From the sequence record MH809531.1: a stretch of 24,000 nt of DNA; one strand, 5' to 3'. This stretch comes from Lactobacillus phage Bromius. A program made the translations under genes and the position numbers. Position 1 is the stretch's first letter. Every line of letters begins with the position of its first letter. The notes beneath the pieces were generated by a model. That model was given only the letters and a program-made list of their open reading frames with translations. It ran no database searches and was not told the DNA's origin. Positions 1-9,639 of the stretch are shown one piece after another.

Positions 1-19
1 AAAGTCATAACTAATCCTC

Positions 20-316
20 CTAAATGGTATTATCGCTAACATAAATGTTTGAAGAAAGTAGTGTTGGCGAATACGTTCTAGTTAACTGGATAAGTGTATT
101 TCTTACTTCTGAGGCATCAAAATCAGAGTCTGCTGAGACATCTAATGTAATATCATAAATAGTATCACAGTTTGTAGGAAATGCGTAAGAAGTTAAATAG
201 TGGGGATGACACCTTACAATAGTATCTAAAATACTTGTAAATTGGCCTTCATTTAAATTAATAAACCCTAAAGATGCATGTACTAAAAATTTTGATTTTA
301 CTTCACTTGTTTTCAT
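20..316 (-). CDS. hypothetical protein, 98 aa
   Basis: ORF in the dominant coding direction, tightly spaced with its neighbours. Confidence 0.7.
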   Translation of the reverse strand: MKTSEVKSKFLVHASLGFINLNEGQFTSILDTIVRCHPHYLTSYAFPTNCDTIYDITLDVSADSDFDASEVRNTLIQLTRTYSPTLLSSNIYVSDNTI

Positions 317-477
317 AATAGAGTCTCCATCCTATCTTCTTCATCATTCCCATAAATTGTATACATTGGTTCTCCCGTAAGGTTGTCACAAATTTCAAGA
401 CCTCCGCATTGACGTGCGACTTCATCCCATTTATCAGTATATTCAAAATAAGCACTTTCTAAAATCTGTTCCATTTC

Positions 478-873
478 CTATTCCTCCCATTGGTCAATAG
501 AGCCATCATTAATAACCTTCATACCATATGACCTAATAACATCATCAAGCTCATCCTTAGAAACATTTTCGATAAATACTTTCCAAGTCTTAGTATCAAC
601 AATGTCTAGTTTGTCGCTTGCATTTAATTCATTTAAGATAACTCGATACTGGTTATCAGCAAGACTTAGTAGTGCTCCTACAGTAACTTTAGACTGATAT
701 AGTTCCCAACTAAGCATAAGGTCTGTCTTGTTGTCGATACTGTGGGGCCTCCCGAGGTTATCAACAATATCACCATGAGAATCTAGCATGATATAAGCAT
801 TGTCTTCTACCCAGTAACTTTGTCTAACTTTATTACCATCTAATAATGCATCCATTGCTTCACTAAATTCCAT
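478..873 (-). CDS. DUF2829/Tad2-like protein with C-terminal extension
   Basis: N-terminus MEFSEAMDALLDGNKVRQSYW...YIML and later NKTDLMLSWELY resemble the DUF2829 pattern (FSEALeaLkaGkkVrR..W ... TDmLAeDWe); RBS gaggag upstream. Confidence 0.6.
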   Translation of the reverse strand: MEFSEAMDALLDGNKVRQSYWVEDNAYIMLDSHGDIVDNLGRPHSIDNKTDLMLSWELYQSKVTVGALLSLADNQYRVILNELNASDKLDIVDTKTWKVFIENVSKDELDDVIRSYGMKVINDGSIDQWEE

Positions 874-897
874 AATAATCTCCTCACTATATACCGC

Positions 898-1344
898 CTA
901 TTCAACATCCTCTAGAGTTACCTTTTTCCAATCAATTGCGACATCATCACGACTTTTTAGTTGTTCAATTTGTTCGGGCGAAAAATCATCTATAACAGAA
1001 GTTAAATCCTCATCTACTAAGCGCCCTAAATATGCCCGTTGACCCCAACTAAAAACATCAACATGCAGGTAACTGTTTTCATCCGTTGAAACTACCTTTA
1101 CTCGCTTTCTAATAACGTCCTTACGCTCTGAAATAGGGGTTTTAGCATAGGCTACAATAGCATCAAACAAGTCATCACTTACACCAGACATATAGTGTAA
1201 ATCAACCATATTCTGATATTCTTCACTAATTACTGCCGCCGTAGCACCGCCGATTTCACCAGATACCCTAGTTTCGGATTCCCCTACTTTTACAATATGA
1301 CCCGGAGTCTTGGTTACTCTTTTAATAAATTCTTCTGTCTTCAT
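898..1344 (-). CDS. hypothetical protein, 148 aa
   Basis: ORF with upstream RBS (aaggaggaaatatt). Confidence 0.8.
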   Translation of the reverse strand: MKTEEFIKRVTKTPGHIVKVGESETRVSGEIGGATAAVISEEYQNMVDLHYMSGVSDDLFDAIVAYAKTPISERKDVIRKRVKVVSTDENSYLHVDVFSWGQRAYLGRLVDEDLTSVIDDFSPEQIEQLKSRDDVAIDWKKVTLEDVE

Positions 1345-1414
1345 AATATTTCCTCCTTACCTTTCCTAAGTAACTTGGTTGCATCTACAAAATCCACATT
1401 GATTGTCTCTGGTA

Positions 1415-1702
1415 TTATCCTAAGTCTGACGAAACTAGCAATAGCCCATACTGGTCAAACTGTTTAATAAGCTCTTCAAGTGTGTTCTCATTATAGTCAG
1501 CAGCATTAATCAGCGTATTCCAAGCATAGGGAGATGACACTTCTTTACACGAAGCGTCATCATCATAGTCTTTACCTACTACATCCTCATAATAATCAGC
1601 CCATGCTTCTCCCTGACTATTAGCTGCTATTAAGGCATAGTAGTCGTTTTCTGGTTCATTAAACTCATAATACTTATGTTTAATTTCTGTTGTCATTTTC
1701 AT
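1415..1702 (-). CDS. hypothetical acidic protein, 95 aa
   Basis: ORF downstream of a TTGACA-N17-TATTAT promoter. Confidence 0.75.
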   Translation of the reverse strand: MKMTTEIKHKYYEFNEPENDYYALIAANSQGEAWADYYEDVVGKDYDDDASCKEVSSPYAWNTLINAADYNENTLEELIKQFDQYGLLLVSSDLG

Positions 1703-1725
1703 ATCCGTCTATCCTTATTAAATAA

Positions 1726-1754
1726 TAATAGTATATTAAAAATTGTTTGTCAAG
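1726..1754 (-). promoter_or_regulatory. promoter
   Basis: TTGACA-N17-TATTAT. Confidence 0.65.
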
Positions 1755-1755
1755 T

Positions 1756-2040
1756 CTAAAATAACTTTCTACCACACTTAGGGCAATAGTTAGCTGGAGT
1801 ACTAGCGAACCCCTTGCTAGTAGACATTACTAAGTCAAAGTATTTAATTCCACAACTTGTATCTGAGTCTATCCCAAGGTCCCAGCCTGCTTCATCAATC
1901 ATGTTCTTATAAGGCATATGACAATACTCACATGTTTCTTGTTCTAGAACATTCAATTGTTTTATCAAAAGAGACTTATATGGGTTATCATCATTAGTGG
2001 CTTCAATCTTAGCTTTTAAATCAGCAATACTACTTGTCAT
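1756..2040 (-). CDS. small zinc-ribbon-like protein
   Basis: CEYCHMPY ... YCPKCGRKLF paired CxxC motifs. Confidence 0.7.
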   Translation of the reverse strand: MTSSIADLKAKIEATNDDNPYKSLLIKQLNVLEQETCEYCHMPYKNMIDEAGWDLGIDSDTSCGIKYFDLVMSTSKGFASTPANYCPKCGRKLF

Positions 2041-2094
2041 TTTCTTACACCCCTAGTTTGTATATTATTCAGTAAGATAGTTTCATTTTCGTCC

Positions 2095-2373
2095 CTAGTA
2101 CCATTTAGCTTCCCCAAAGATAAGTTCTTTTGGTGCTATTAAATCTAGTTCAACATTTTGAGTCTTAGCATATTCCTCGTAGTATTTATAGTTAGCCGTA
2201 ATATGCTTAATTTCATCAGTAGTAAAGCCACTACAGAACAATAGCGCTGAGTGTTTGCCTTGATAGGCACTAGTTTGCATCACCTTAAACATCTTATTCC
2301 ATAATTCAGGCTTAACCTGCCGTTCTCGGTAAGTCTTAGCAATTATTCTTAGTTGTTCTCCGCTTGTCAACAT
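2095..2373 (-). CDS. hypothetical protein, 92 aa
   Basis: ORF, 4-nt-type overlap with next gene. Confidence 0.7.
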   Translation of the reverse strand: MLTSGEQLRIIAKTYRERQVKPELWNKMFKVMQTSAYQGKHSALLFCSGFTTDEIKHITANYKYYEEYAKTQNVELDLIAPKELIFGEAKWY

Positions 2374-2678
2374 GAACTATCCTCCAAATCGCCATCCTTG
2401 ATAAATACACCATCAACCATCTTTCCTTGACGATTCTTAATTGTGTTATAAGCTTCTTTAACACAGTCGTCTAGGTGTAGGCCATTTTGCAATGCATAGA
2501 TAGTTAGCACAACAAAGATATCGCCAATGCTATCAATCTGTTTATCTCGATAACCCTTATTGTGAGCTTCGGCAAGCTCCCCAATTTCTTCTACTAGTTT
2601 GATTAACTGTTTGTCAGAGTTCGTTTTATCTAGACCACGATGGGTAGCCCACGCTTCAATTGATTTTACATAATCCAT
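2367..2678 (-). CDS. MazG-like nucleotide pyrophosphohydrolase
   Basis: KLVEEIGELAEAHNKG ... DSIGDIFVVLTIYA resembles the MazG EExxE...D helix pattern. Confidence 0.75.
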   Translation of the reverse strand: MDYVKSIEAWATHRGLDKTNSDKQLIKLVEEIGELAEAHNKGYRDKQIDSIGDIFVVLTIYALQNGLHLDDCVKEAYNTIKNRQGKMVDGVFIKDGDLEDSSC

Positions 2679-2992
2679 TACTTATTTACCTCTTTACTTG
2701 TAGTTTTTAATAATTCTAGCTTTTTAATAATATCTTCATAACCTATATAGTTTAAAGAGTTACCCTGTTCATAGTCTAAAAATCTTGATAAGCTTAATCC
2801 TGTATACCTAGCTACTTGCTTCTGGCTAATAGATAACTCTGTTTCTAGCTGAATTATATGCTGTGAATAAACAAATTGTTTACTGTTAGCATACATACCA
2901 CTATCATTTAGAAACTTAGCAAGTCTCTTGGCTGCCTTTCTATCACGCTTGCGCTCACTATTCATTGGTATCACTATCCACATTATAGCCAT
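2678..2992 (-). CDS. hypothetical protein with possible HTH (LSISQKQVARYTGLSLSRFLDYEQG)
   Basis: ORF and HTH-like segment. Confidence 0.6.
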   Translation of the reverse strand: MAIMWIVIPMNSERKRDRKAAKRLAKFLNDSGMYANSKQFVYSQHIIQLETELSISQKQVARYTGLSLSRFLDYEQGNSLNYIGYEDIIKKLELLKTTSKEVNK

Positions 2993-3317
2993 GCTTCTTA
3001 ACTAGTTCAATATCATTAGCATCATATAACTCATAACCTTTAGATAGTAGGCGTGAAACGTAGATATAGTTATAGAATACTGCCACAGCGATTTGAATAA
3101 TCAATGCTGTAATTGGGCTAACAGCATAACTGGCTACACTTAATACACAAAATACACCAAATGCCCCTAACCAATCTCCCCGAAATAGTGGTGCAAATAC
3201 ACCGAAGAAGAATGTTGTCCATGAGATTCCCAGTGGGGATGATTTAATCTTACCGTTCTTCTTGTCAATGAATTTAACCTTGAGTCCTGCGTCTTCAAAT
3301 AATGTTGTAAAGTTCAT
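2958..3317 (-). CDS. DUF2628-like membrane protein
   Basis: SWTTFFFGVFAPLFRGDWLGAF plus hydrophobic segments. Confidence 0.6.
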   Translation of the reverse strand: MNFTTLFEDAGLKVKFIDKKNGKIKSSPLGISWTTFFFGVFAPLFRGDWLGAFGVFCVLSVASYAVSPITALIIQIAVAVFYNYIYVSRLLSKGYELYDANDIELVKKHGYNVDSDTNE

Positions 3318-3375
3318 AATGTTTTGCCTCTTTCCTTATTTAATGGCCTAATTTTATACCTATTGTTACTGCTTG

Positions 3376-3681
3376 TCAACCAATATATGGCTTTCCTGTA
3401 AAAAGTTGTCCTAGTACATACAGAGTAAACAGTGCAAATGCAAGCACAACCAATAGTAGTATAATATCATTTAGCTTGCTTATCCACCTCTGACTAGCTA
3501 GCCAACTCCTAATCTTAACAATACCTGAATGTGGCACAATGTACCTAAATGCTATCCCCAGTAACTTTAACATCCATGCGAAAGCCCAGAATAAAAATGC
3601 TGCCCCGGCTATAGCTAGGATTCCAACAAATATATCTATAATAATTATCATGGTTACAATATAACCCCCCTTGTTAATCAT
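3376..3681 (-). CDS. small membrane protein
   Basis: Several hydrophobic segments; strong upstream RBS aaggggggt. Confidence 0.65.
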   Translation of the reverse strand: MINKGGYIVTMIIIIDIFVGILAIAGAAFLFWAFAWMLKLLGIAFRYIVPHSGIVKIRSWLASQRWISKLNDIILLLVVLAFALFTLYVLGQLFTGKPYIG

Positions 3682-3869
3682 TTTGTAGATTCATTTTTCA
3701 TTAGACTTTTTATACTTTTTAAAATCTTCTTGGCTTAACCCTAGTCTAACTCTTTCTGCTAAAAGGTCTAACTCCTTCTTAAACTCTTTGCTGTCTTGAT
3801 AAGCTAATACTTTCTTAGCTACGGGGTCATTTTTATTAACCATATCTCTAAACATCTAACCATCCTCTA

Positions 3870-4199
3870 TTATTTAACAGAAATCCATAGTCCATGATTA
3901 CTAAGCTCAACTAAATAGCCTAATGCATGAAATATGCTAACAATCCATTTTATATTAGTTTTAGAGTTCAATTTATCAATATCTACTAATGTCACAGGGT
4001 TACCACGAAAAACAGCATTATCAATAACCTTTTTCATGATGTAGCTAAAGTCAGACTTAGTTTCGTCACAAGGACTTTTATCAATTAGGCGCTTAGCATC
4101 TTTAGCCAGATACTCACGAGCCTCAGCATTAGACATGATTGAACTAATCCCCTTATAAAGTACACTGTCGTCAAACTCGACTTCTTTATATTCTCGCAT
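3870..4199 (-). CDS. hypothetical protein, 109 aa
   Basis: ORF. Confidence 0.7.
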   Translation of the reverse strand: MREYKEVEFDDSVLYKGISSIMSNAEAREYLAKDAKRLIDKSPCDETKSDFSYIMKKVIDNAVFRGNPVTLVDIDKLNSKTNIKWIVSIFHALGYLVELSNHGLWISVK

Positions 4200-4204
4200 A
4201 TATC

Positions 4205-4642
4205 TTAGTCCTCCTCAATTTGATACCCATCTAACCACGCCCGGGCAAATGTATCGCCATTTTCATCAAGCCAAGTGGTTAATTTAACGCTCCCCCAGCC
4301 ATACTCGATAGCACCGATACTGGCGTTAATAACATCTGAATTATTTTTTAACATATCAATGTAATCTGCTACATACTCCGGAATCACTGGTAACTCGGCA
4401 TACGTCTTCTTAAATACGTCATCGGCGATTGCCCAGTTTTCATCCTCAACTCCAGATGCAATCCAGTCGCCAATATTCACTCTTAGCTCGCCTTCCATTG
4501 TTGGCAAGAAGTAGGCTCCTTCAAATCCTATAGCAGTAGATGCAAGCTGTGTATTAATAATATCATATTTTTCAATCATCTCGTCGCTTCCGTCAAACTG
4601 CTCAGCCTTGATAGTAGTGGTTTTACGATAAATTTTAATCAT
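4205..4642 (-). CDS. phage protein with TIKAEQF...GDWI-type domain
   Basis: IYRKTTTIKAEQFDGS ... GELRVNIGDWIASG ... DVFKKTYAEL pattern common in small phage proteins. Confidence 0.6.
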   Translation of the reverse strand: MIKIYRKTTTIKAEQFDGSDEMIEKYDIINTQLASTAIGFEGAYFLPTMEGELRVNIGDWIASGVEDENWAIADDVFKKTYAELPVIPEYVADYIDMLKNNSDVINASIGAIEYGWGSVKLTTWLDENGDTFARAWLDGYQIEED

Positions 4643-4661
4643 TTGCTTTCCTCCATTTTAA

Positions 4662-4940
4662 TTAACTTATTGACCAACTTGGCTTTACTCCATATAGGGT
4701 AAAACAGTACACATTAGTGATTGCTGTTCTTTGCTTTAGAGTAGGACGCCACCCATTGCGCTTAATTCTTTTAGCAATTGTCCATACCTTAAACCCTTTG
4801 ACAGCATAGTCACAATCAATACCATTTTCAATGATATAGTCTAAGAAGTCTTCGTCTGACAGTAGCCATAATTCTTCTGCCTTACCATTTGAGTCTACTT
4901 GGGCAATCACGGCGTCAGCATATTCAAAATCATCGTCCAT
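4662..4940 (-). CDS. hypothetical protein, 92 aa
   Basis: ORF. Confidence 0.65.
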   Translation of the reverse strand: MDDDFEYADAVIAQVDSNGKAEELWLLSDEDFLDYIIENGIDCDYAVKGFKVWTIAKRIKRNGWRPTLKQRTAITNVYCFTLYGVKPSWSIS

Positions 4941-4942
4941 TT

Positions 4943-5404
4943 TCAGTCCTCCAGTAATTCCGGGCTAGTGTACGCGTTACCAATAACTTCAATATTCTGT
5001 TGTCCTTTGTCAACCTCACGCAACGTCAAGAATACTCCTTTAACACTAACTCCGAACGTCCCTGTATCCTTTGTCACTGTTGCCGTTTCAGTAACGGTAT
5101 TAGGCATAATTATTTTTGGCTTTGGGTCGTATTCGTCCTTGTATATATAAGTCTTTGGTTCCTCATAACTGAGCCTTAAAATATCACCCTCATAGATTGG
5201 AGTACCATTAACATCTCTCAGTCCGGTAAACTGTAACAGTTCAACATTATCATTCTTAATGTCCCAAGTTTCGTTTTTTCTATTCACAATAACGTTAACA
5301 GAGCTTGGTGTCCCTTGGGTATCGCCATTCTGGATTGCTGATACATAGTCAGCCATTATCTTCCTGTACCCGTTCCAAGCTTTGAACCTAATTACTCTCG
5401 TCAT
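4943..5404 (-). CDS. YopX-family protein
   Basis: IRFKAWNGYRKIM ... LLQFTGLRDVNGTPIYEGDILRL is a YopX-type signature. Confidence 0.85.
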   Translation of the reverse strand: MTRVIRFKAWNGYRKIMADYVSAIQNGDTQGTPSSVNVIVNRKNETWDIKNDNVELLQFTGLRDVNGTPIYEGDILRLSYEEPKTYIYKDEYDPKPKIIMPNTVTETATVTKDTGTFGVSVKGVFLTLREVDKGQQNIEVIGNAYTSPELLED

Positions 5405-5434
5405 ATTAAACGCCTCTTTCTTTTCTATAATAAA

Positions 5435-5463
5435 ATTATATCATATATGACATGCTTTGTCAA
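5435..5463 (-). promoter_or_regulatory. promoter
   Basis: TTGACA-N17-TATAAT. Confidence 0.75.
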
Positions 5464-5946
5464 CTAGCTAACATATCTTTTACCATCTAGCGTGCTGTGA
5501 CGGTCAGAAATGTTATTCTCGTAGACAGTCACTATACATTGGTCTGTTATAGAAACTACTAGACATAAGTTAACATTACATTCTCTTTTAACGCTGTAAT
5601 AATGTCTGTCACTTCTAATTAATGCTCTTAACTCTTTACCACGTACAATATTAGCTTCAATTACGCTGTATTCCCCTCTCTCTATACTCTTAACAACATC
5701 ATATGTAGGCTTTATTTGCTTTGTTATAGCCATCTGAGTAGCATGATTTACCAAAGGAAAGTTATCGTCAAGCATTGAAGTAATACTTTTTACCAGTCTT
5801 TCCTGTAGGCTACTAGGTAAATCAGTGAAAAGTTTCTTTGTTTGTCCCACAGTTCTCCTAACATTACCCTCTACAATAATCATTTTAGTTAACCTCCTTA
5901 GTTGATTTAATAATAAAAGCATACCATAGTTGGTATGCTTTGTCAA
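5464..5946 (-). CDS. hypothetical protein, 160 aa
   Basis: ORF; a start at MIIVEGNVRR fits the region next to the RBS and promoter better, so the annotated start is uncertain. Confidence 0.6.
   Translation of the reverse strand: MTKHTNYGMLLLLNQLRRLTKMIIVEGNVRRTVGQTKKLFTDLPSSLQERLVKSITSMLDDNFPLVNHATQMAITKQIKPTYDVVKSIERGEYSVIEANIVRGKELRALIRSDRHYYSVKRECNVNLCLVVSITDQCIVTVYENNISDRHSTLDGKRYVS
5918..5946 (-). promoter_or_regulatory. promoter with palindrome
   Basis: TTGACA-AAGCATACCAACTATGG-TATGCT. Confidence 0.7.
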
Positions 5947-5978
5947 TCTTTATTATTAGTGCTTCTGTTACTGACTAA

Positions 5979-6593
5979 CTACTTTAGCAATGTATTAGTT
6001 TGGTAAATAGTATAATCACAACGGTAGACAAACAGTCGCTTACCATCAATTAAAAGTGACGTGCTACTAGGAACCTGCGTTGACTTGTAACTAACTGTAT
6101 TACCAGCAAAAGTAGCAATTGGTTGACCAGCTTGTGAGCGAATAAGAATGACCTTGCTAGAACCCGTAAAGTAGTTCTGATACTTGTTTACAAATCTGTT
6201 CATGAATGGTACCGAGCTATTATTATTAGTAATATTATACCGCTTTGGGTATTTATCAAGTACGTTGGTTAACCCATCCTGATAAGCAATTAAACTACTA
6301 CCTACGTGAGTAATTTGCTTGCCACCTAATGTAATATTAAGTACAGATGAAGCCTTAGACGTTTCGCCATTTTCATTTACTTGGTCAAACTCTTTATCTC
6401 GTGAAATTGAAAGTGAGCTCCCGTGCATAGTATCAATCTTTTGTGCGTTATAATCATAGGTTTGTACCGTCATAGGCAATCCATAGGTTTGTTGCTTAAA
6501 GTCTGAGAACCAATTGTCTACAAGTTGGCATCCGCCTAGGACAACTGCAAGTGATAGTGTAAGTGCTCCAAGTAATAACTTCTTTTTATTCAT
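5979..6593 (-). CDS. predicted lipoprotein
   Basis: MNKKKLLLGALTLSLAVVLGGC lipobox signal peptide. Confidence 0.8.
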   Translation of the reverse strand: MNKKKLLLGALTLSLAVVLGGCQLVDNWFSDFKQQTYGLPMTVQTYDYNAQKIDTMHGSSLSISRDKEFDQVNENGETSKASSVLNITLGGKQITHVGSSLIAYQDGLTNVLDKYPKRYNITNNNSSVPFMNRFVNKYQNYFTGSSKVILIRSQAGQPIATFAGNTVSYKSTQVPSSTSLLIDGKRLFVYRCDYTIYQTNTLLK

Positions 6594-6642
6594 TGTATAA
6601 ACTCCTCAAATTAAATTTCTTATTTCGTTTTTCTATAACAGA

Positions 6643-6671
6643 ATTATATCATTTTTGATATGCTTTGTCAA
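6643..6671 (-). promoter_or_regulatory. promoter with palindrome
   Basis: TTGACA-AAGCATATCAAAAATGA-TATAAT. Confidence 0.75.
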
Positions 6672-6674
6672 TTG

Positions 6675-7022
6675 CTATTCTGGTAATTGCTTAGCTAGTT
6701 TAGATATGACGACAATCATAGTGTTGTTCTTTTTACCAGTCTGCTCCTCATAGCTAGCATCAAGCCGGTTCTGAACATTTTCTGCGTGCCAATCTGCTAT
6801 ATCAAGGTCTTGGTATACTCGGTTAGACCATGCCACAATACCATGAGAGCCAGTATTAAAGATAGCTAACGTATAGCCTATCTTATCTACAAGTTCAAAG
6901 TCACCCATATCATCATCATTTAAGTCACGCATAGCTTGAATTAGGTAAAACTTGTTTTCTTTCATTAAATAACTCTCCCCACTTAACATAATAAACTGCA
7001 ATATCAAAGTTTGTATTTGCAA
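6675..7022 (-). CDS. hypothetical protein, 115 aa
   Basis: ORF; internal start at MLSGESYLMKEN or MKEN more likely. Confidence 0.55.
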   Translation of the reverse strand: MQIQTLILQFIMLSGESYLMKENKFYLIQAMRDLNDDDMGDFELVDKIGYTLAIFNTGSHGIVAWSNRVYQDLDIADWHAENVQNRLDASYEEQTGKKNNTMIVVISKLAKQLPE

Positions 7023-7061
7023 ATACTTGTTTAATAATACGTCTAACTTTTCTATAATAAA

Positions 7062-7090
7062 AGCATACCATAGTTGATATGCTTTGTCAA
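7062..7090 (-). promoter_or_regulatory. promoter with palindrome
   Basis: TTGACA-AAGCATATCAACTATGG-TATGCT. Confidence 0.7.
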
Positions 7091-7094
7091 TACT

Positions 7095-7364
7095 TTATTT
7101 ATAAACTGTTAATACTTGGTAGGCGCCTTTTGAGATAACTAAGGGTGAGCTTAAATGAAGATAATTTGTACCATCCTTTAGTTCATCCTTAGTAAACTCT
7201 CTAGATACCCAAATAAGGTGCTGTTCGTTTTCTAGCGTGCTGAACACAACCAGCTTAATGCCAGTTAATAAATTGTTATTGTTAAAGTCAACCTTAAAAG
7301 GGATAGCAATTACCCCAGTGTTTCCATCACTACGCCTTGAAGCTAACTCCGTTTTATCATTCAT
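7095..7364 (-). CDS. hypothetical protein, 89 aa
   Basis: ORF. Confidence 0.7.
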   Translation of the reverse strand: MNDKTELASRRSDGNTGVIAIPFKVDFNNNNLLTGIKLVVFSTLENEQHLIWVSREFTKDELKDGTNYLHLSSPLVISKGAYQVLTVYK

Positions 7365-7377
7365 TACGATAACCTCG

Positions 7378-8337
7378 CTAAATCATATTCTTAACTTTTA
7401 GTGCTACATACTTACGAGCTTGTGCCCGTGATACCCGAATTAATTGTTTAATCTCTGCTGGTAACTCCGGCGATTCTTCAATAGCATCCAGCAGCACCTC
7501 AGTCGCCACCTTATTAGTATTACCATTACGCATCCAGTCAAATGACAACTCACTAGGAAGTTCGCCCTCATCCTGACCTTCTAATACCTTCTTAGATACT
7601 CGGGCTAAGGTTACATTATTATTAATCCACTCAGTTAAGCTAATAGACTCTGAGTGTTCCTTAACGTGCTTGGACTCTTTAAAGGTAGCATTGACTAGCT
7701 TAATCCGCAAGGGGCCTGTAGTAGTCTGTGAAGTAGGTACTGTCTTGCTTAAATCAGTAACTACAATACCTTCCATATTACCACTGGCTGAGTAATTAGA
7801 CTTATCAGAATATTTAGCTTGAATCTTAGGTAAGTCATTGAACCCAATTCCAGTAACGTTATCCTCTAATAAAGGTGCCATTTCAATTCCATCTACACCA
7901 TATAATACATCCTTATATAGCTTTTCAGCCTCATGATATCCTAGATACTTATGAGACGCTTTATCGTACACGTCAAACAGATACCACTTGTGATAGTATT
8001 CATCCTTATACTGTACTCGGTGCTTAGTTAACCATTCGCCAAACACAATGTAGTTATCTCCAATGTGCTTTAAATAATCTGCGTTATCATTAACGAATCC
8101 ATAGAATCCATTTAGTTTTTTATCAGCGTCTAATTCCCCTTTATGAGAGTAAGACTTAACCTCGCCATCAAGTACCTCTACAGATGCATTAGAACCATCC
8201 AGCTTTTCAGTAATAACTAAAGTGTCTTCCGGTTCAATAGTAATAACTTCTTTGTTCTCATTAGATAACTTATTTTCAAACAATTGTTCATTTTCATAAG
8301 CATTAATCTTTTGGAATTTACGCATATTGGCATTCAC
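7378..8337 (-). CDS. RNA ligase family protein
   Basis: TEKLDGSNASV nucleotidyltransferase motif I, FGEWL, EGIVV and LRIKLVN motifs. Confidence 0.85.
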   Translation of the reverse strand: MNANMRKFQKINAYENEQLFENKLSNENKEVITIEPEDTLVITEKLDGSNASVEVLDGEVKSYSHKGELDADKKLNGFYGFVNDNADYLKHIGDNYIVFGEWLTKHRVQYKDEYYHKWYLFDVYDKASHKYLGYHEAEKLYKDVLYGVDGIEMAPLLEDNVTGIGFNDLPKIQAKYSDKSNYSASGNMEGIVVTDLSKTVPTSQTTTGPLRIKLVNATFKESKHVKEHSESISLTEWINNNVTLARVSKKVLEGQDEGELPSELSFDWMRNGNTNKVATEVLLDAIEESPELPAEIKQLIRVSRAQARKYVALKVKNMI

Positions 8338-8640
8338 CTACTTTTCTAGTAGTCCATTAACATACTTGATATTTACCTTTAATTGGTCAATATAATCTTG
8401 TACACTAATAACTTTATCTTTGTTCTTAGCAATTACTTCTTCCTTAGCATAGTTACTTAAAGCATTACCTAGACTCGGATAGTATCCAACTGTAGCTGGA
8501 CTTGGCTTAACCTCTTTAGTCTTAGAGTCAACCGTAGTGAACACTTTACCTTTATTGTCCAATCTGCGTTGTAACATCCAGTTACTATGATTAGACACAA
8601 CAACTTGGTAATTTCCATCAATATCAATAGTGGTAGCCAT
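8338..8640 (-). CDS. hypothetical protein (start reset to MATTIDIDGN)
   Basis: RBS aaagggaggcgcttaata directly before this ATG; the longer ORF overlaps the neighbour. Confidence 0.7.
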   Translation of the reverse strand: MATTIDIDGNYQVVVSNHSNWMLQRRLDNKGKVFTTVDSKTKEVKPSPATVGYYPSLGNALSNYAKEEVIAKNKDKVISVQDYIDQLKVNIKYVNGLLEK

Positions 8641-8941
8641 TATTAAGCGCCTCCCTTTCAATTTGTTTATAGTTAACAGTGTCGACAGTATAACTTCCGT
8701 TAATAACAACTAGCATCCCACCAAACATACTCATTAACTTATTGGCAACTTCAATTTCGCTGTCAGTCAGTGACTTTAACCTAATTGCATCCAGCGGGTT
8801 ATTAGATAGATATTCAGAACACAGCGTAGACGTATAAATTGCTTGCACCTCTGATAGATAGCCTCCCGGGAACTTAATAGCGTATCTCATAATAGCACTC
8901 TTGTCATAGTGAGAATCATTAAACTCATTCATTGTCATCAC
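8624..8941 (-). CDS. hypothetical protein, 105 aa
   Basis: ORF. Confidence 0.65.
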   Translation of the reverse strand: MMTMNEFNDSHYDKSAIMRYAIKFPGGYLSEVQAIYTSTLCSEYLSNNPLDAIRLKSLTDSEIEVANKLMSMFGGMLVVINGSYTVDTVNYKQIEREALNNGYHY

Positions 8942-9164
8942 TCTTTTCCAATAGTTTAATCCATCGTTCTAAATACCATTTAGCCTTATTCAAATCTTCT
9001 ATCTTGTTTTTCTTATAAGGTGCTCGCAAAATGTATTTAACAACGTTAAAGAATAGGCCGCCTTCAAATGGCTTAATAGGGGCTCCTTCTAGCTGGTCTT
9101 CAATAATATTAATTACTTCTAGCTTCCCATGATTATAATGCTCTGGGTGGTTTACCATGCTCAT
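8925..9164 (-). CDS. DUF3310-like protein
   Basis: VNHPEHYNHGKLEVINIIEDQL ... FNVVKYILRAPYKKNKIEDLNKAKWYLER. Confidence 0.85.
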   Translation of the reverse strand: MSMVNHPEHYNHGKLEVINIIEDQLEGAPIKPFEGGLFFNVVKYILRAPYKKNKIEDLNKAKWYLERWIKLLEKSDDNE

Positions 9165-9167
9165 GAC

Positions 9168-9416
9168 TTATTCTCCTTCTCCAGATTCAATAATACTTGT
9201 CATTGCTTCAATTTTGTTTTTTAGTGAATTGATACTTAGTGCTTGCTCTCGCTTAGAATCACTACTTCGTGGTCGATGGCGTTGTACGTCTACTAATTGC
9301 CACTCAGTCAATTTTAGTAGTACCTTAGCTTGACCAATATTGTCAAAAACTACTTGACCATTTTTAATCAAACTGTTTTCATATTTAGCCATATAGTCCA
9401 TATAGTTAATTACCAT
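9168..9416 (-). CDS. hypothetical protein, 82 aa
   Basis: ORF. Confidence 0.65.
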   Translation of the reverse strand: MVINYMDYMAKYENSLIKNGQVVFDNIGQAKVLLKLTEWQLVDVQRHRPRSSDSKREQALSINSLKNKIEAMTSIIESGEGE

Positions 9417-9637
9417 TTGTTTGTGTCCCTCTTTCGGTTTCGAGTTACAACTAATGTAATACTGTTTGGAATTGTTACTAGCTCAGTTATTACTATTAGT
9501 TCCCAGACAAAATTAGTTTTCATAAATAGGAGAAATAGAACTAACATAATAATTAAATTAATACCAATAACCTCTCCTAATAATGATAAAGGCCCCTGAT
9601 ACCTTTTGCGCTTATACTTCTTAATATATTTATCCAT
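9410..9637 (-). CDS. small membrane protein
   Basis: Two hydrophobic segments. Confidence 0.65.
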   Translation of the reverse strand: MDKYIKKYKRKRYQGPLSLLGEVIGINLIIMLVLFLLFMKTNFVWELIVITELVTIPNSITLVVTRNRKRDTNKW

Positions 9638-9639
9638 AA

